This document shows, in pieces, positions 34,017-52,200 of a stretch of DNA of 64,000 nucleotides (position 1 is the stretch's first letter; the number at the start of each line of letters is the position of its first letter). The stretch comes from Nitrospirales bacterium (GTDB lineage: Bacteria > Nitrospirota > Nitrospiria > Nitrospirales > UBA8639): assembly GCA_965203295.1 (NCBI GenBank), contig CBDBCZ010000019.1, forward strand, positions 32,001 through 96,000. The letters run 5' to 3'. The notes under the pieces were generated by a model that saw only the letters and a list, made by a program, of their open reading frames with translations, ran no database searches and was not told the DNA's origin. The position numbers and the translations under genes are program-made.

Positions 34017-37000
34017 ATGGCCTCGGGGAATTGGAACAGCGCGTTTCGTGACGAACTAACTTGCTCCATTTGCAAGGATCTTTTCAAAGAACCGAAGGTA
34101 CTTTGGCAGTTTGCTATTTGTATAACCGGCATTTATACGTATTAGGTAGGATTTTTGTAATTTCAGTATAAGGTCGGGAAATATAGCCGCTATATACACA
34201 TCAAATTACTTGCAATAAATTCTACCACGAAGTCTTAAACGGCTTTTGCAAATAATTGTGTGCTTCACTCTCCTCAAGTTCACGGCAAAAGCTGACTAGC
34301 TTGGTTTTTGGGCTGTTAGAGAAGACGAGTGAGCAAAGAGAGCACGGCGAGGAATAATTTTTGCACTCTTGCAATCATTTGATGCTAGAGGTAGTTGGTC
34401 TCGTGGCCGAGGCTCTACCCCCTCCTAGTGAGCTCCCCTCGCTGTAGTTTTACCTTTGTAGCAACCCTGCACTTTGCTAGTCTCGTTCCCAGACCCTCGA
34501 CGGGGCTTGTGTGGAGGGTCTGGGAACGAGACTAGCACTTAGCCTCGTTCCCAGGCACTCAAAGGGGCGCGCGCCTGGTATCCGCACTGATCGCGCATGC
34601 GCGAACATTTACGGGAAAACGTCAGTAAATGCATTCGTGAACGATCTGAAGCACATGGCAAGGAGTAGTACGGAGGTAGTATACGCTATAGTAAGCGGAA
34701 GAACTAGACAGTACCCGAGGTTCTGGGCCTTCTATGCAGTAAAAGAACCTGTAATGTTCAATTTGCTACCTCGAAAGCATCTATCCGGGTAGTACTGTGA
34801 ACTGCTTCGTGTGATCAATTTTCTATCACAGTTCTTGCTTTCGAGGCCGCGATGAGGCAAATGGGATGGAAGACTCGAACTACCGCTCGCTTTCTAGGCA
34901 GCTATCCAGTGAAAAACCATCGCTACAGGCGTAAACCTCGCTAGATTCAGCCTTGCAACACCAACTATAACACGAACTATAGTATAGCGGTAGTATCCAA
35001 GTTCCCCAGAAAAACCTGGGGAGCCGCGCATGCGCAAACAGTGGATACCAGGCCACCTTTCTCACGTGGCCTGGGTACGAGGCTACCCTGCACCAACCAT
35101 AATAATATGCATGTGACTGGTCTCCTGTTTTTATCTTCCAAAATCTGGGTCTAGTGATGATCAATATTCTTATATTCCTTATTTTAGACCTTGCCATGTC
35201 TGCACACATTCTGTGTGGTTTGTCTGGATGAGTATGCCCAAAAACGACCGCTAGATCGCGAACAAGGAGATTCAAGGGATAACCTACCATGCCCTTCGTG
35301 CAAAAAAAAATTCGCTTTGTCTCCTGAAGAACTGCCAATAAACTTCGTACTCAGGAATCTCGTGAACCATCTCAAATTAAGTGATGCAAATACAGGAGCC
35401 AGTTCTGCAGCTCAGGGCCCGGATTCTGACGAAGAGCCTTCTCGGAAGATGACGTGCTCACAGTGCGAGAAGGCCACAGCTATTACGATATGTAGAAAGT
35501 GTCGCGACTGGCTATGCCCTGTGTGTACAGATAACCACAAAAGAACGGTCAAAACTAAGGCACATTCTCTTGAGGAGATCAGCGAACAATCTCCGCTAGA
35601 AGATCCCATTGATATGCGTAAATCTCCGTACTGCGACATTTCTGGACACGAAGACAAGAAGATTGATATGTACTGCAAACGGTGCGACAAAGTCCTCTGT
35701 CTGAGTTGTGCAGTCACGGAACACAACGGCGACGCTCATGACATTGTTATGGCTTCTAAAATCGTGGGCGACTATAAGGAGAAGCTTAGACGGCTGACCG
35801 AAGTGACACGCGAGGTTCAACAGAAATCGCGGCAAGGAATAGCCGATATCGATCACACCCTGGCTAGCCTCGAAGAGACGGAGCAGGTAAGGGCACGAGA
35901 GGTACTCGAAGAGTACGGCCGACTAAAGGAGGAGCTGGACAGGCAGCGGGATCGCCTCCTTCGGAAAGTGAAGCAGATTTCCGAGAGGAAGAAAGCCCGT
36001 CTGAACGAACAGCGCGAAGAGTTGACAAGAGTGGAAGATACGCTTCAGAAAGGGATACAGCTCGCAGATGATATTCGTGAGAACTGTATACCGGTTGAGA
36101 TCATGTATTTCCAGTCACAGATGGAGGCCAGGCTGCAGGAGCTGTGTCGAGAGTACGGAGATTATCCTTACAAACCGAAAGCGAATGATATAATCGGGTT
36201 TGTGAAGAGTGATGGGCTCGAACGCATTAAAAAATCCAACACAATCGGAAGTGTTGCTGCGGAGCCTGATCCTAGCTCTTTCACAGTAGACGGCATCGAA
36301 AATGCGCACTTTATCGAAGGGAAGCAATCGAAGCTCATGGTCACCTGCCGAGACATCATTGGCAACAAGCTGAATGAACATCGAGATGAGGTGAGCGCAA
36401 CGCTTCAAAGAGTCGGTCAGGAAAATCCCATAATACCATGTGAGGTGAGAAACAACCGCAATGGGACGTACACAGTAGCCATTCAGCCTCAGACGCGCGG
36501 GCCACACCGACTGACAGTGTCTGTGAATGTCAGCGGCGAGAGTTCAGAGAGGCCACCGTATAACATCATGGTTTCGCCACCTCAGCGCAAGATCACAGAG
36601 GCAACCAATGTGATTCGGGACGACAACATGAAGAATCCTCTTGGAATTACCGTGACTCGAGATGAGTTGATTGTTGTCTCGGACATCACAGCACACTGCC
36701 TTTTCGTTTTCGACAGGGGTGGAAATTACCTGCGGCCAATTGGTAAACAGGGGAATGGGGAATTGGAATTCGAGGCTCCGCGAGGGATAGCGTGCACCCC
36801 GGCTGACAACATCATTGTAGCAGAGAAGGGCAACCATCGGCTTCAGGAGGTGACACTCGAAGGTGGGTTTGTGCGATTCTTTGGCGCAAACGAGGTCGGG
36901 AAGTGTGGAAGTGAAGTCGGGAACTTTCACTGTCCTTCGGGAGTAGCAGTCAACTCTGAAGGATTCGTATTTGCAACCGACTCGATGAATCAGCGCATCC

Positions 37001-37485
37001 AATGCTTCAAGTCGGATGGCACCTTCGTGGCAGTGTTTGGAAAATGGGGTTCTGGATTGAATAGCTTGAACGTGCCCTACGGGATCTCGATCTATAGCCA
37101 ACCACTGGTTCTTGGAGAAGGAAACCGAGAGCTGCTCTTCGTATCGGAACGTGAAGGAAATCGAGTTCAGTGTTTTGAAATGCGGGGCGGCGCGTATAAG
37201 TCGGTGGCAATGTTTGGAAGCAAAGGGCAGGACCGAGGGCATTTGAATGAACCAGTTGGCGTCTTAGTTGATTCCAATACCGGCTATTTGCTGGTCACAG
37301 AGCTGAAGAGTCATCAGGTATCGGTTTTCACAAGGAGCGGTGAGTTTGTTTACTCTTTTGGCGATAGGCAAGCGCATGCACAGTTTCGTACGCCGATGAG
37401 TGTTGCTACCCTTGGAGACTCGCACATTATTGTCACCGACTGTAAGAGTGGGTGTTTGAAGATATTTCGTAGCCTTGACATTTAG
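34017..37485 (+). CDS. TRIM-NHL E3 ligase (RING, 2 B-boxes, coiled coil, filamin, NHL propeller; TRIM2/3/71-like), ~792 aa, copy 1
   Basis: Exons 34017-34097 (MASGNWNSAFRDELTCSICKDLFKEPK) and 35188-37485 (TLPCLHTFC...CPSC); B-boxes; NGTYTV filamin; PRGIA / PSGVAV NHL repeats. Confidence 0.93.
34478..34534. mobile_element. 57-bp Mutator-like mini-MITE, present only in duplication unit 1
   Basis: tagtctcgttcccagaccctc...gagggtctgggaacgagacta; TSD gcactttgc/gcacttagc. Confidence 0.85.
34540..35085. mobile_element. Mutator-like MITE in TRIM intron (also 41489-42043)
   Basis: tagcctcgttcccaggc...gcctgggtacgaggcta; TSD ccctgcact/ccctgcacc, clearest in copy 2. Confidence 0.85.
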
Positions 37486-38635
37486 ATTATTGCAATTACC
37501 TGTTATAGTGTTAACATTATTGCAATTACCTGTTATAGTGTTAACATTATTGTCACCGACTGTAAAGTTGGTGTTTGAAGATTTTTTGTAGCCTTGACAT
37601 TAATTTTACTGTTTTTATAGTGTTAACTTAGCTACTGTTTGTATTGCTGAAAGTTTTTGATTGAATGTCATTGTTCTTGCCTGACACCAGAATGTTCTAA
37701 AGCTATGTACCAGTATAATATTATTGTTTGTATGTGGAGTGTTGGGCTGGTGTCATCTGTAATAATATTTATAATTAGTCACATCCTGTATGATTAGTTG
37801 TTGTTTCCTGCATAATTAGCCACATCCTGTATTGTTTCCTGTACATGCCTTTCGCTTCTGTAGTGTATTAAATTACTTGTGTGTACTTGGTTTCTCAGAG
37901 CCCCCCGCTGCCTGTGAGGCCCTTTTGTGTTCTATAGACTTCCTTGCTCTTTTTTTTGTCCTGTTCCCTTTTTTAATCTTGTGTTTTGTACTTGTCGTTC
38001 GGTTGGTATTTTCCAGAAAGTATTAATTTCTTCATTCAGCGAGTCCGCTCTAGTATCGTTCCTCAGAGTAGATACATACGTATTTTACATCATCCCTACA
38101 TAAGAGTCGTCTCCCTGATACTGATAATATAGGTTATCAAAACTTGTAGTGATAGGAAGAAAGTTTGGACCATATTATATAGCCAAAAGATGCCGGGACA
38201 ATTCAAGGAAAAGCCAGCTCTCCACCCACGAGTTTATTCGTAAAAACAATGGACATTGTTGCCTATCTACAGGCAGGGTTACGTTAATCACTACGTTCTA
38301 TATTATAACGATGTCATTCAAGGTACATTTATTGCATGTGCACACTGTACATGAATTGCCATCAATTCAGATGGTAAATTAAATAATATAATAAATTTTA
38401 CATGTACTACAACAAGAATAGTAATTCCGTCGCTGGCATATACAGTGATAATGTACAGTGTGTGAGTAGCTTAGAGCTTTACCACACACTTCAGACATTC
38501 GGAACTTGAGCAAAGAAAGAGATAGCATGCCAGGAACAGTGCATGCTCGGCGAGGAGAGTAAGAGAAGAAGAAATAAACATCAGCTGTACAAAATAATAA
38601 GTGGCGGACGTGTCACGTGATGGGATCACATGACA

Positions 38636-39592
38636 TCACATGATACTGCAAGAGGTGTGTTTATTCATCGGCTTGTAGCGCCCAAGGAATTCCAGCTGCC
38701 GATGATTGATGGCACCTCTTCTCTTCCTGGAATGGAATAGGACTAAGGGTCAAGTTCGGTTCCATTCTTGAGATATTTATCTACGTAGTGTTCCATTAGT
38801 AAGAACCCATGGAATCACAGGTTTCATTTGGGGGGGGGGGAGCAGGCGGTATTTGTGACCCCCCCCCCCCCCCCCCCCCCCCCCCATTCCTAGTGGCCCC
38901 TTACTAAAGGTGGGGGTAGAAGCTTTGCCAATGTAAAATTTGAGGTGTGGTGGTATTATTATCAAATACAGGACTTTTAGAGGTGAGCCCAGGAACTTTC
39001 CAAATTACTTAATTCTTTGCATACAAAGAGCAGGAATTATGCATACATCCATGTTAGGTTATATGCCTATAATCGCAGTGTGCTATAAATAAAAGCCAGC
39101 CCAAATATGCCCTACAAACACCAGAATTATTCTTGTTCTTGAAAAGATTTGGGGGCTAGGTTTTGGTCAGTGGTGCAACAAACAACACCAGAGAGACCTC
39201 AAACTCACTGCCTGATGTAGTCCACAGCATCGTGGTACTTCATACCGTACTCAATCAGGGCTATGGCGACCAGCACCGGCGCTCTACAACGAATACAGGA
39301 GATTGGCAATAAGATGGCTGCTACAGTAATGACTAAAGCAATACCATGGTATGCTAACAGTAGTGTAATTAGGATTAGGCAAGCTAACAGTATTGAGAGG
39401 ATGTCTTAAAATCTGAGATTAGCTAATTATCTTTGCAAACTTTGCCCCGGCCTTCAATCCACTGTACTAATAATGGGTGGGTGAACTATTAAAAGCAGTG
39501 GCCGACTCATCCTTGAAGGTTTCCACGATGAGCTCTAGCCACCGTTTAATGACTTCCATGGGAGGGGCCGCCCCGTCGTCAAACGGGTAGTC
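38636..39592 (-). pseudogene. Duplicated 3' fragment of PTP4A with the catalytic-loop codons deleted
   Basis: Copies of the last three coding exons. At ~39501 aaagcagtgg is joined to ccgactcatcc, deleting the equivalent of ~46299-46554 including HCVAGLGR and the donor. No 5' exons. Confidence 0.88.
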
Positions 39593-40061
39593 CTGGGTGA
39601 ACAGAGAGACACAAGCTGAACTCTAGACTCTCATAGAGAGGGTTGCAAGTTGGTTGTCCAGTTTATGTCCACAGGAGAGGGCAAATAGGGCAGTGCTCTT
39701 AAGTACTTAATTAGGTTAGGCTGTCAATCAAAGGCTAACAGTTTACACAGTCAACTTCCATTTTCCTATTTGCACTGGACAACTGTCAACCACCTGCAAA
39801 CCTCTACTGTGATGAGTACAGGAGTGCATGCAATATTGTAGCATGGCAGCCATACAAATCAAAGGCACTGCCTACAGTTTATGTAGTGTATAAGTGTTCT
39901 AACTCCTAGGGGTGTTCTAACTTCCATTTAGTGGTAGTTAGAACATGCCAATTACCATCTACCATCTATGATGTACCGAACGGGGGGGGTTACCAACTCG
40001 GAAAAAGATAGAGTAAAATGCTGATTTCCGTATATGAATTTTCTTTCATCTGGCCATTTAG

Positions 40062-40808
40062 TGGGGCAGACAACGTGCACCCGCATCTGCACGTAAGGCT
40101 GAAGACCAGCAGCAAGAAGCGGTGGACATCCCTGTACAGGACCAACCACCAGTCAATGAACAAACCCATCCACATGGAAGAGTGCAGTACATGTTTGCAA
40201 AAGCACCATTAGTGAGACTTCCTCGTGTAAGCCGATCACCACAAGCTCATGCCTTGGCACAACAGATTTTGGATGAGTACTTGGAGGTTGTGAATCAGAG
40301 AATAGCTATTAAAGATGCTCTGAAAGCCTTCACAGACCATCTTGGACTCCCTGAGGATGCAGAACTGACAGCGTGTTTAACAGCTTTGAAGGAGATGGCA
40401 GGAAGACGAGGGAAAATTCAGATTGAAAATGAGAGCTTGGCAATGCCACTCTTGCTAACCACTGGTGACACGGCATGGGAAAATCTTGCCGGAGCTGGGC
40501 ATTACGCTGTGACAAACTTTCAATCAGCGCTTGTTGACAGTTTCAACTTTCGTAGAAAAGAGCAAGAAAAACTTAACACAGTAAGAACCAAACTGCAAGA
40601 GCTGGACAAATCATGCTATCAAAGCCAAACCCAAGAAGCTCAAGACCTGTTTGCCACTCTCAGGTGCATTCCCGAATACATTGAAGGTTTCATGGAAGAG
40701 ATCAACAAGTTCCTTGAAGATGTTGAAATGGCTAAGCCTTGTCTAGAAGACCGTCCATCAACTGGACTCATCTACGTGCTAAAGCATGATGACAACTTGC
40801 CACTGTAA
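40062..40808 (+). pseudogene. Second copy of the orphan gene's exon 2, lacking promoter and MGSWLS exon
   Basis: ORF open with a 2-codon deletion, but the duplication breakpoint (~39964) lies inside intron 1. Confidence 0.7.
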
Positions 40809-41205
40809 AGTCATGACTGCATAAGCGATTCACCTGTATGTCTTCTGCGTCCATCCCCATAAGGGAGTACACTTGTGTCATTTTTCTTAGAATTCAAGTT
40901 TTTTTTTCATCAAAGTGATGGTGACCACAATGCGAGAGTAGGTGCAATTTTTTTTTCTCGAGACCAGGCTCCTCCATACATGCGCGTGGAGGTATCCAGT
41001 CTGAGAAGAAAAAAAATTTGCTAAGCAATCAAAAGTCGTATAGTTGCGGCTGCATGTACATGTACAATGTCATGTTTATGTGGCAGCTACATGTAGGGTT
41101 CGCAATCTCATTAAAGGTCAAGCCTGCGCGGGGCGCGTTCTTGGGGGGGTTTCCAGGGGACTTACCCTCGCCGAGACTCGCCCCCATCGATACCGCTGCA
41201 GCAAA

Positions 41206-44200
41206 ATGGCCTCGGGGAACAGCGCGTTTCGTGACGAACTAACTTGCTTCATTTGCAAGGATCTTTTCAAAGAACCGAAGGTACTTTGGCAGTTTGCTAT
41301 TTTGTATAACCGGCATTTATACGTAGTAGGATTTTTGTAATTTCAGTATAAGGTCATGCCGCTATATACATCAAATTACTTGCAATAAATTCTATCACGA
41401 AGTCTTAAACGGCTTTTGGAAATAATTGTGTGCTTTCACTCTCCTCCGTTTAACGCGAGGGGAAGGGTCCCCCAGACTACCCTGCACTTAGCCTCGTTCC
41501 CAGGCGGCTCAAAGGGGCGCGCGCCTGTATCCGCACTGTTCGCGCATGCGCGAACATTTACGGGAAAACGTCAGTAAACGCATTCGTGAACGATCTGAAG
41601 CACATGGCAAGGAGTAGTACGGAGGTAGTATACGCTATAGTAAGCGGAAGAATTATATAGTACCCGAGGTTCTGGGCCTTCTATGCAGTAAAAGAACCTG
41701 TAATGTTTAATTTGCTAGGTTATCTTACCTCGAACGCATCTATCCAGGTAGTACTGTGAACTGCTTCGTGTGATCAATTTTCTATCACGGTTCTTGCTTT
41801 CGAGGCCGCGCTGAGGCAAATGGGATGGAAGACTCGAACTACCGCTCGCTTCTAGGCAGTTATCCAGTGAAAAACCATCGCTACAGGCGTAAACCTCGCT
41901 AGATTCAGCCTTGCAACACCAACTATAACACGAACTATAGTATAGCGGTAGTATCCAAGTTCCCCAGAAAAACCTGGGGAGCCGCACATGCGCAAACAGT
42001 GGATACCAGGCCACCTTTCTCACGTGGCCTAGGTACGAGGCTACCCTGCACCAACCACAATAATATGCATGTGACTGGTCTCCTGTTTTTATCTTCCAAA
42101 ATCTGGGTCTAGTGATGATCAATATTCTTATATTCCTTATTTTAGACCTTGCCATGTTTTCACACATTCTGTGTGGTTTGTCTGGATGAGTATGCCCAAA
42201 AACGACCGCTAGATCGCGAACAAGGAGATTCAAGGGATAACCTACCATGTCCTTCGTGCAAAAAATTTTTTGCTTTGTCTCCTAAAGACTTGCAAACGAA
42301 CTTCGTACTCAGGAACCTCGTGAACCATCTAAAATTAAGTGATGCAAATACAGGAGCCAGTTCTGCAGCTCAGGGCTCGGATTCTGACGAAGAGCCTGCT
42401 CGGAAGATAACGTGCTCACAGTGCGAGTCAGCCACAGCTATCATGATATGTAGAGAGTGTCGCGACTGGCTATGCCCTGCGTGTACAGATAACCACAGAA
42501 GAACAAGCAAAACTAAGGCACATTCTCTTGAGGAAATCGGCAGACACGCTCCGCTAGAACATTTCATCGATATGCGCAAAAGTCCGTACTGTGACATTTC
42601 TGGACACGAAGACAAGAAGATTGATATGTACTGCAAACGGTGCGACAAAGTCCTCTGTCTGAGTTGTGCAGTCACGGAACACAACGGCGACGCTCATGAC
42701 ATTGTTATGGCTTCTAAAATCGTGGGCGAGTATAAGGAGAAGCTTAGACGGCTGACCGAAGTGACACGCGAGGTTCAACAGAAATCGCGGCAAGGAATAG
42801 CAGTTATCGATCAGACCCTGGCTAGCCTCGAAGAGACGGAGCAGGTAAGGGCACGAGAGGTACTCGAAGAGTACGGCCGACTAAAGGAGGAGCTGGACAG
42901 GCAGCGGGATCGCCTCCTTCGAAAAGTGAAGCAGATTTCCGAGAGGAAGAAAGCCCGTCTGAACGAACAGCGCGAAGAGTTGACAAGAGTGGAAGATACG
43001 CTTCAGAAAGGGATACAGCTCGCAGACGATATTCGTGAGAACTGTATACCGGTTGAGATCATGTATTTCCAGTCACAAATGGAGGCCAGGCTGCAGGAGC
43101 TGCGTCGAGAGTACGGAGATTATCCTTACAAACCGAAAGCGAATGATATAATCGGGTTTGTGAAGAGTAATGGGCTCGAACGCATTAAAGAATCCAACAC
43201 GATTGGAAGTGTTTCTGCGGAGCCTGATCCTAGCTCTTTCACAGTAGACGGCATCGAAAATGCACACTTTATCGAAGGGAAGCAATCGAAGCTCATGGTC
43301 ACCTGCCGAGACATCATTGGCAACAAGCTGAATGAACATCAAGATGAGGTGAGCGCAACGCTTCAAAGAGTCGGTCAGGAAAATCCCATAATACCATGTG
43401 AGGTGAAAAACAACTGCAATGGGACGTACACGGTAGCCATTCAGCCTCAGACGCGTGGGCCACACCGACTGACAGTGTCTGTGAATGTCAGCGGCGAGAG
43501 TTCAGAGAGGCCACCGTATAACATCATGGTTTCGCCACCTCAGCGCAAGATCACAGAGGCAACCAAAGTGATTCGGGACGACAACATGCAGAATCCTCTT
43601 GGAATTACCGTGACTCGAAATGAGTTGATCGTTGTCTCGGACATCACAGCACACTGCCTTTTCGTTTTCGACAAGGTTGGAAATTGCCTGCGGCCAATTG
43701 GTAAACAGGGGAATAGGGAATTGGAATTCGAGGCTCCGCGAGGGATAGCGTGCACCCCGGCTGACAACATCATTGTAGCAGAGAAGGGCAACCATCGGCT
43801 ACAGGAGGTGACACTCGATGGTGGGTTTGTGCGATTCTTTGGCGCAAACGAGGTCGGGAAGTGTGGAAGTGAAGTCGGGAACTTTCACTGTCCTTTGGGA
43901 GTAGCAGTCAACTCCGAAGGATTCGTATTTGCAACCGACTCGATGAATCAGCGCATCCAATGCTTCAAGTCGGATGGCACCTTCGTGGCAGTGTTTGGAA
44001 AATGGGGTTCTGGATTGAATAGCTTGAACGTGCCCTACGGGATCTCGATCTATAGCCAACCACGGGTTCTTGGAGAAGGAAACAGAGAGTTACTGTTCGT
44101 ATCGGAGCGCGAAGGAAATCGAGTTCAGTGTTTTGAAATGCAGGACGGCGCGTATAAGTCGGTGGCAATGTTTGGAAGCAAAGGGCAGGACCGAGGGCAT

Positions 44201-44443
44201 TTGAATGAACCAGTTGGCGTCTTAGTTGATTCCAATACCGGCTATTTGCTGGTCACAGAGCTTAAGAGTCATCAGGTATCGGTTTTCACAAGGAGCGGTG
44301 AGTTTGTTTACTCTTTTGGCGATAGGCAAGCGCATGCACAGTTTCGTACGCCGATGAGTGTTGCTACCCTTGGAGACTCGCACATTATTGTCACCGACTG
44401 TAAGAGTGGGTGTTTGAAGATATTTCGTAGCCTTGACATTTAG
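41206..44443 (+). CDS. TRIM-NHL E3 ligase, ~790 aa, copy 2
   Basis: Exons 41206-41280 and 42146-44443; intact, same domains as copy 1. Confidence 0.93.
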
Positions 44444-45430
44444 ATTATTGCAATTACCTGTTATAGTGTTAACATTATTGTCACCGACTGTAAAGTTGGT
44501 GTTTGAAGATATTTTGTAGCCTTGACATTAATTTTACTGTTTTTATAGTGTTAACTTAGCTACTGTTTGTTTTGCTGAAAGTTTTTGATTGAATGTCATT
44601 GTTCTTGCCTGACACCAGAATGTTCTAAAGCTATGTACCAGTATAATATTATTGTTTGTATGTGGAGTGTCTGGGCTGGTGTCATCTGTAATAATATTTA
44701 TAATTAGTCACATCCTGTATGATTAGTTGTTGTTTCCTGCATAATTAGCCACATCCTGTATTGTTTCCTGTACATGCCTTTCGCTTCTGTAGTGTACTTG
44801 TATGTACTTGGTTTTCTCAGAGCCCCCCGCTGCCTGTGAGGCCCTTTTGTGTTCTATAGACTTCCTTGTTCTTTTTTTGTCCTGTTCCCTTTTTTAACCT
44901 TGTGTTTTGTACTTGTCGTTCGGTTGGTATTTTCCAGAAAGTATTTTTTCATTCTGCGAGTCCGCTCTAGTATCGTTCCTCAGAGTAGATACATACGTAT
45001 CTTACATCATCCCTACATAGAGTCGTTACTCCCTGATACGGACATGGACATTGTTGTAGATCTACAGGCAGGGTTACGTTAATCGCTACGTTCTATATTA
45101 AAACGATGTCATTCAAGGTACATTTATTGCATGTGCACACTGTACATGAATTGCCATCAATTCAGATGGTAAATTAAATAATATAATAAATTTTACATGT
45201 ACTACAACAGGAATAGTAATTCCGTAGCTGGCATATACAGTGATAATGTACAGTGTGTGAGTAGCTTAGAGCTTTACCACACACTTCAGACATTCGGAAC
45301 TTGAGCAAAGAAAGAGATAGCATGCCAGGAACAGTGCATGCTCGGCGAGGAGAGTAAGAGAAGAAGAAATAAACATCAGCTGTACAAAATAATAAGTGGC
45401 GGACGTGTCATGCGATGGGATCACATGACA

Positions 45431-49680
<4,250 letters not shown>

Positions 49681-51616
49681 CTTGCCACCGGAAAAACAAA
49701 CAAAAGTACAAAAATCCGAGAGAAAAAAAAGAATTGAGTCCAGAAAGAAGGATGAAAATATTTACATCAGATTCCCCCTGCTTTTTTTTTACAGAACTGA
49801 GGGGTTAGAATTAATAAATATATGAAAATCTTTGGCGCTAAGCTGCCTTTCTTTTCTATGTACAGTTCAGATAATAAGGGAAGTGGGGGGCACTAAATAG
49901 AGAGCAGCACTTACCCCATACTATGATAATAGGACTAAAAATCTAAATTCACTTCTAAATGAAAAAGAGAATAAAAGAGTGTGTAGTAGTTCTATCACGC
50001 TCTCTCTCTCTCTGCGATTTTCTCCTAGCGAGCTCTTGCCAACAGGCGACGTGGTGGGTGGGGACGTTGGTTCAATCGTGCTGTGCCTGGCACCAATCTC
50101 CGCAGCTTCCCTTCAGAAACTCCATAAACGTCTGGCCAAAACCGCAGAATACCTGCGAGGGGTGAGAGAGGGAACTACTTGAAGCTATACAGGGCTTGGG
50201 GACCCAACGTGATTTCCACGCAATTACGTTTACTTTTGAAACCCTGCTCATTGGATGAGGTGAGATGAAATAGAGGAGGATAGTAGTGGCTTCCTCGTCG
50301 TCGGACCCCACACTCATTCTAAAAGATGCCTTGGGAAAGCCAGTCAACCAAAAATCCTGAATAAATTCCTGCTGCTATATATGTCCAGCTGTGATTAAGA
50401 ACTTGGTCATACCCCACTCCAAATACTGGGACAATAAACACAAACCGATTCAGGTATGTAAATTCACCCCTGACTTTGAGGTTGGAACGGGTACTACTTC
50501 TATAGAGTCGGAAATTTCTCAAGGACAGCCACATAAAAAAATTATCTCAATCTTAGGCAAAATAAGAGCAGCTAGAAAAACAAGTCTGACATTTCATGTC
50601 TAAAAAAACAGCCGGACGCCTTTCCCGTACAATACACACAACTCAGCTTAGGCCAAGTTATTAAACTACAGCTGTAGAGCCAGAGATACAATAGTCCTAG
50701 AGCGGTACAGCGAAAGTGCTGACTCAGCAGTTTCGTCATGCGCCTCCAGTTAGTAGCTATATGCCAAGAAACCAGGATCTTTACAGCTACATACCACGTT
50801 TTCGCCATCTAGGCAACACGAAACTACCTTCATTTGCTGTAGCTTGGCCTGCAAACCTCCAAAAGCTGCTGTACACTGCAGTTGCATAGTAACGTATGAC
50901 GTAATATATTGCGCACATGATAAGTGCGGACGCACAGACAAACAAACAAATGCGGAAAACGTAAAGCAATCTTAGTACCAGCCGCTCCGCGCGCTCCGGC
51001 TGGTAAAAACAAACTACATGTACATATAACTTGCGTATTTCAATTTGTGAGTCCAAAAAAGGGCACAAGCACAAAAAATGGGTCGGAACTTTCGAGCTAA
51101 CCTCACCTTATACGGACATGTATACTTACTGGCTACAAGTCAGGGTATTGTACAGCTAAATACTCGACACAAGCGGTGCTATTGTTGGCATAACAGTGCT
51201 GTAGAACAACCGAATGGAGAGGTGAGTTGTCTGGCTGGCCAAGGCAATCAAAGCTGTGAATTATTGGATGCAGTAAGTGGAAATTATTGAACCAGAATGA
51301 ATGTAGGGGGTATTCTACCTTCAGACGTACACCCCAGAGGCAAATTCCTGATGCATGTACCTCCATTGAGCGGGGTATGTAGGACCACTTTCATAGAATT
51401 ATACAAGTAGTACTAGAAGTCAAAACCTTGAAACCTCCATTGAGTAGTACCACTTTCAGAGCCTATACTCTCGAGCAATTTTATCAAAAACCCAGTTGCC
51501 TTTTATAATACAATTGCTTTTGATGCCAATGGGACTGAATGGTGGGGAAAATGGGGTTTATGCAGATGAGACAAAATGAGCTACTTGGGAAAGATATGGA
51601 ACAAACCACCTTGAGG

Positions 51617-51912
51617 GGAACCTTCAAAATTTCAAGAGCACCTTCCCCTTTAAAAAATCCTACTTCCTTGGAATGTATGCTTAATCTCTGCTTTTCTGAC
51701 TAGAGAGAGAAGTTGATGCTCTTCTTGAGGTTGAAATATTAAGGAATCTCTGAACTTTATTATTGGAACTTTCAAAATTTCAAGAGCACCTTCCCCTTTA
51801 AAAAATCCTACTTCCTTGGAATGTATGCTTAATCTCTGCTTTTCTGACTAGAGAGAGAAGTTGATTCTCTTCTTGAGGTTGAAATATTAAGGAATCTCTG
51901 AACTTTATTATT
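51617..51912. repeat. 148-bp tandem duplication
   Basis: ggaac.ttcaaaatttcaagagcacc...gaactttattatt x2. Confidence 0.9.
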
Positions 51913-52013
51913 AAAAGTAGACAGAAGCTGCTACTAAAGCAAACGGTTTAGCGACTCAGATATCAGAACGCAGCACACAGCGTAGCAGAGCACACACAGA
52001 GAGCTGACTCTGA

Positions 52014-52200
<187 letters not shown>

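Noticed and set aside
34880..35338. 152/177-aa minus-strand ORFs (also 41715-42248) as a transposase or gene
   Set aside because: They span MITE interior and the antisense of the TRIM exon, with no recognisable motifs.
49979..50182. Plus-strand nested exon or gene inside PTP4A
   Set aside because: Better explained as the antisense shadow of the minus-strand uORF exon; no partner exons were found.
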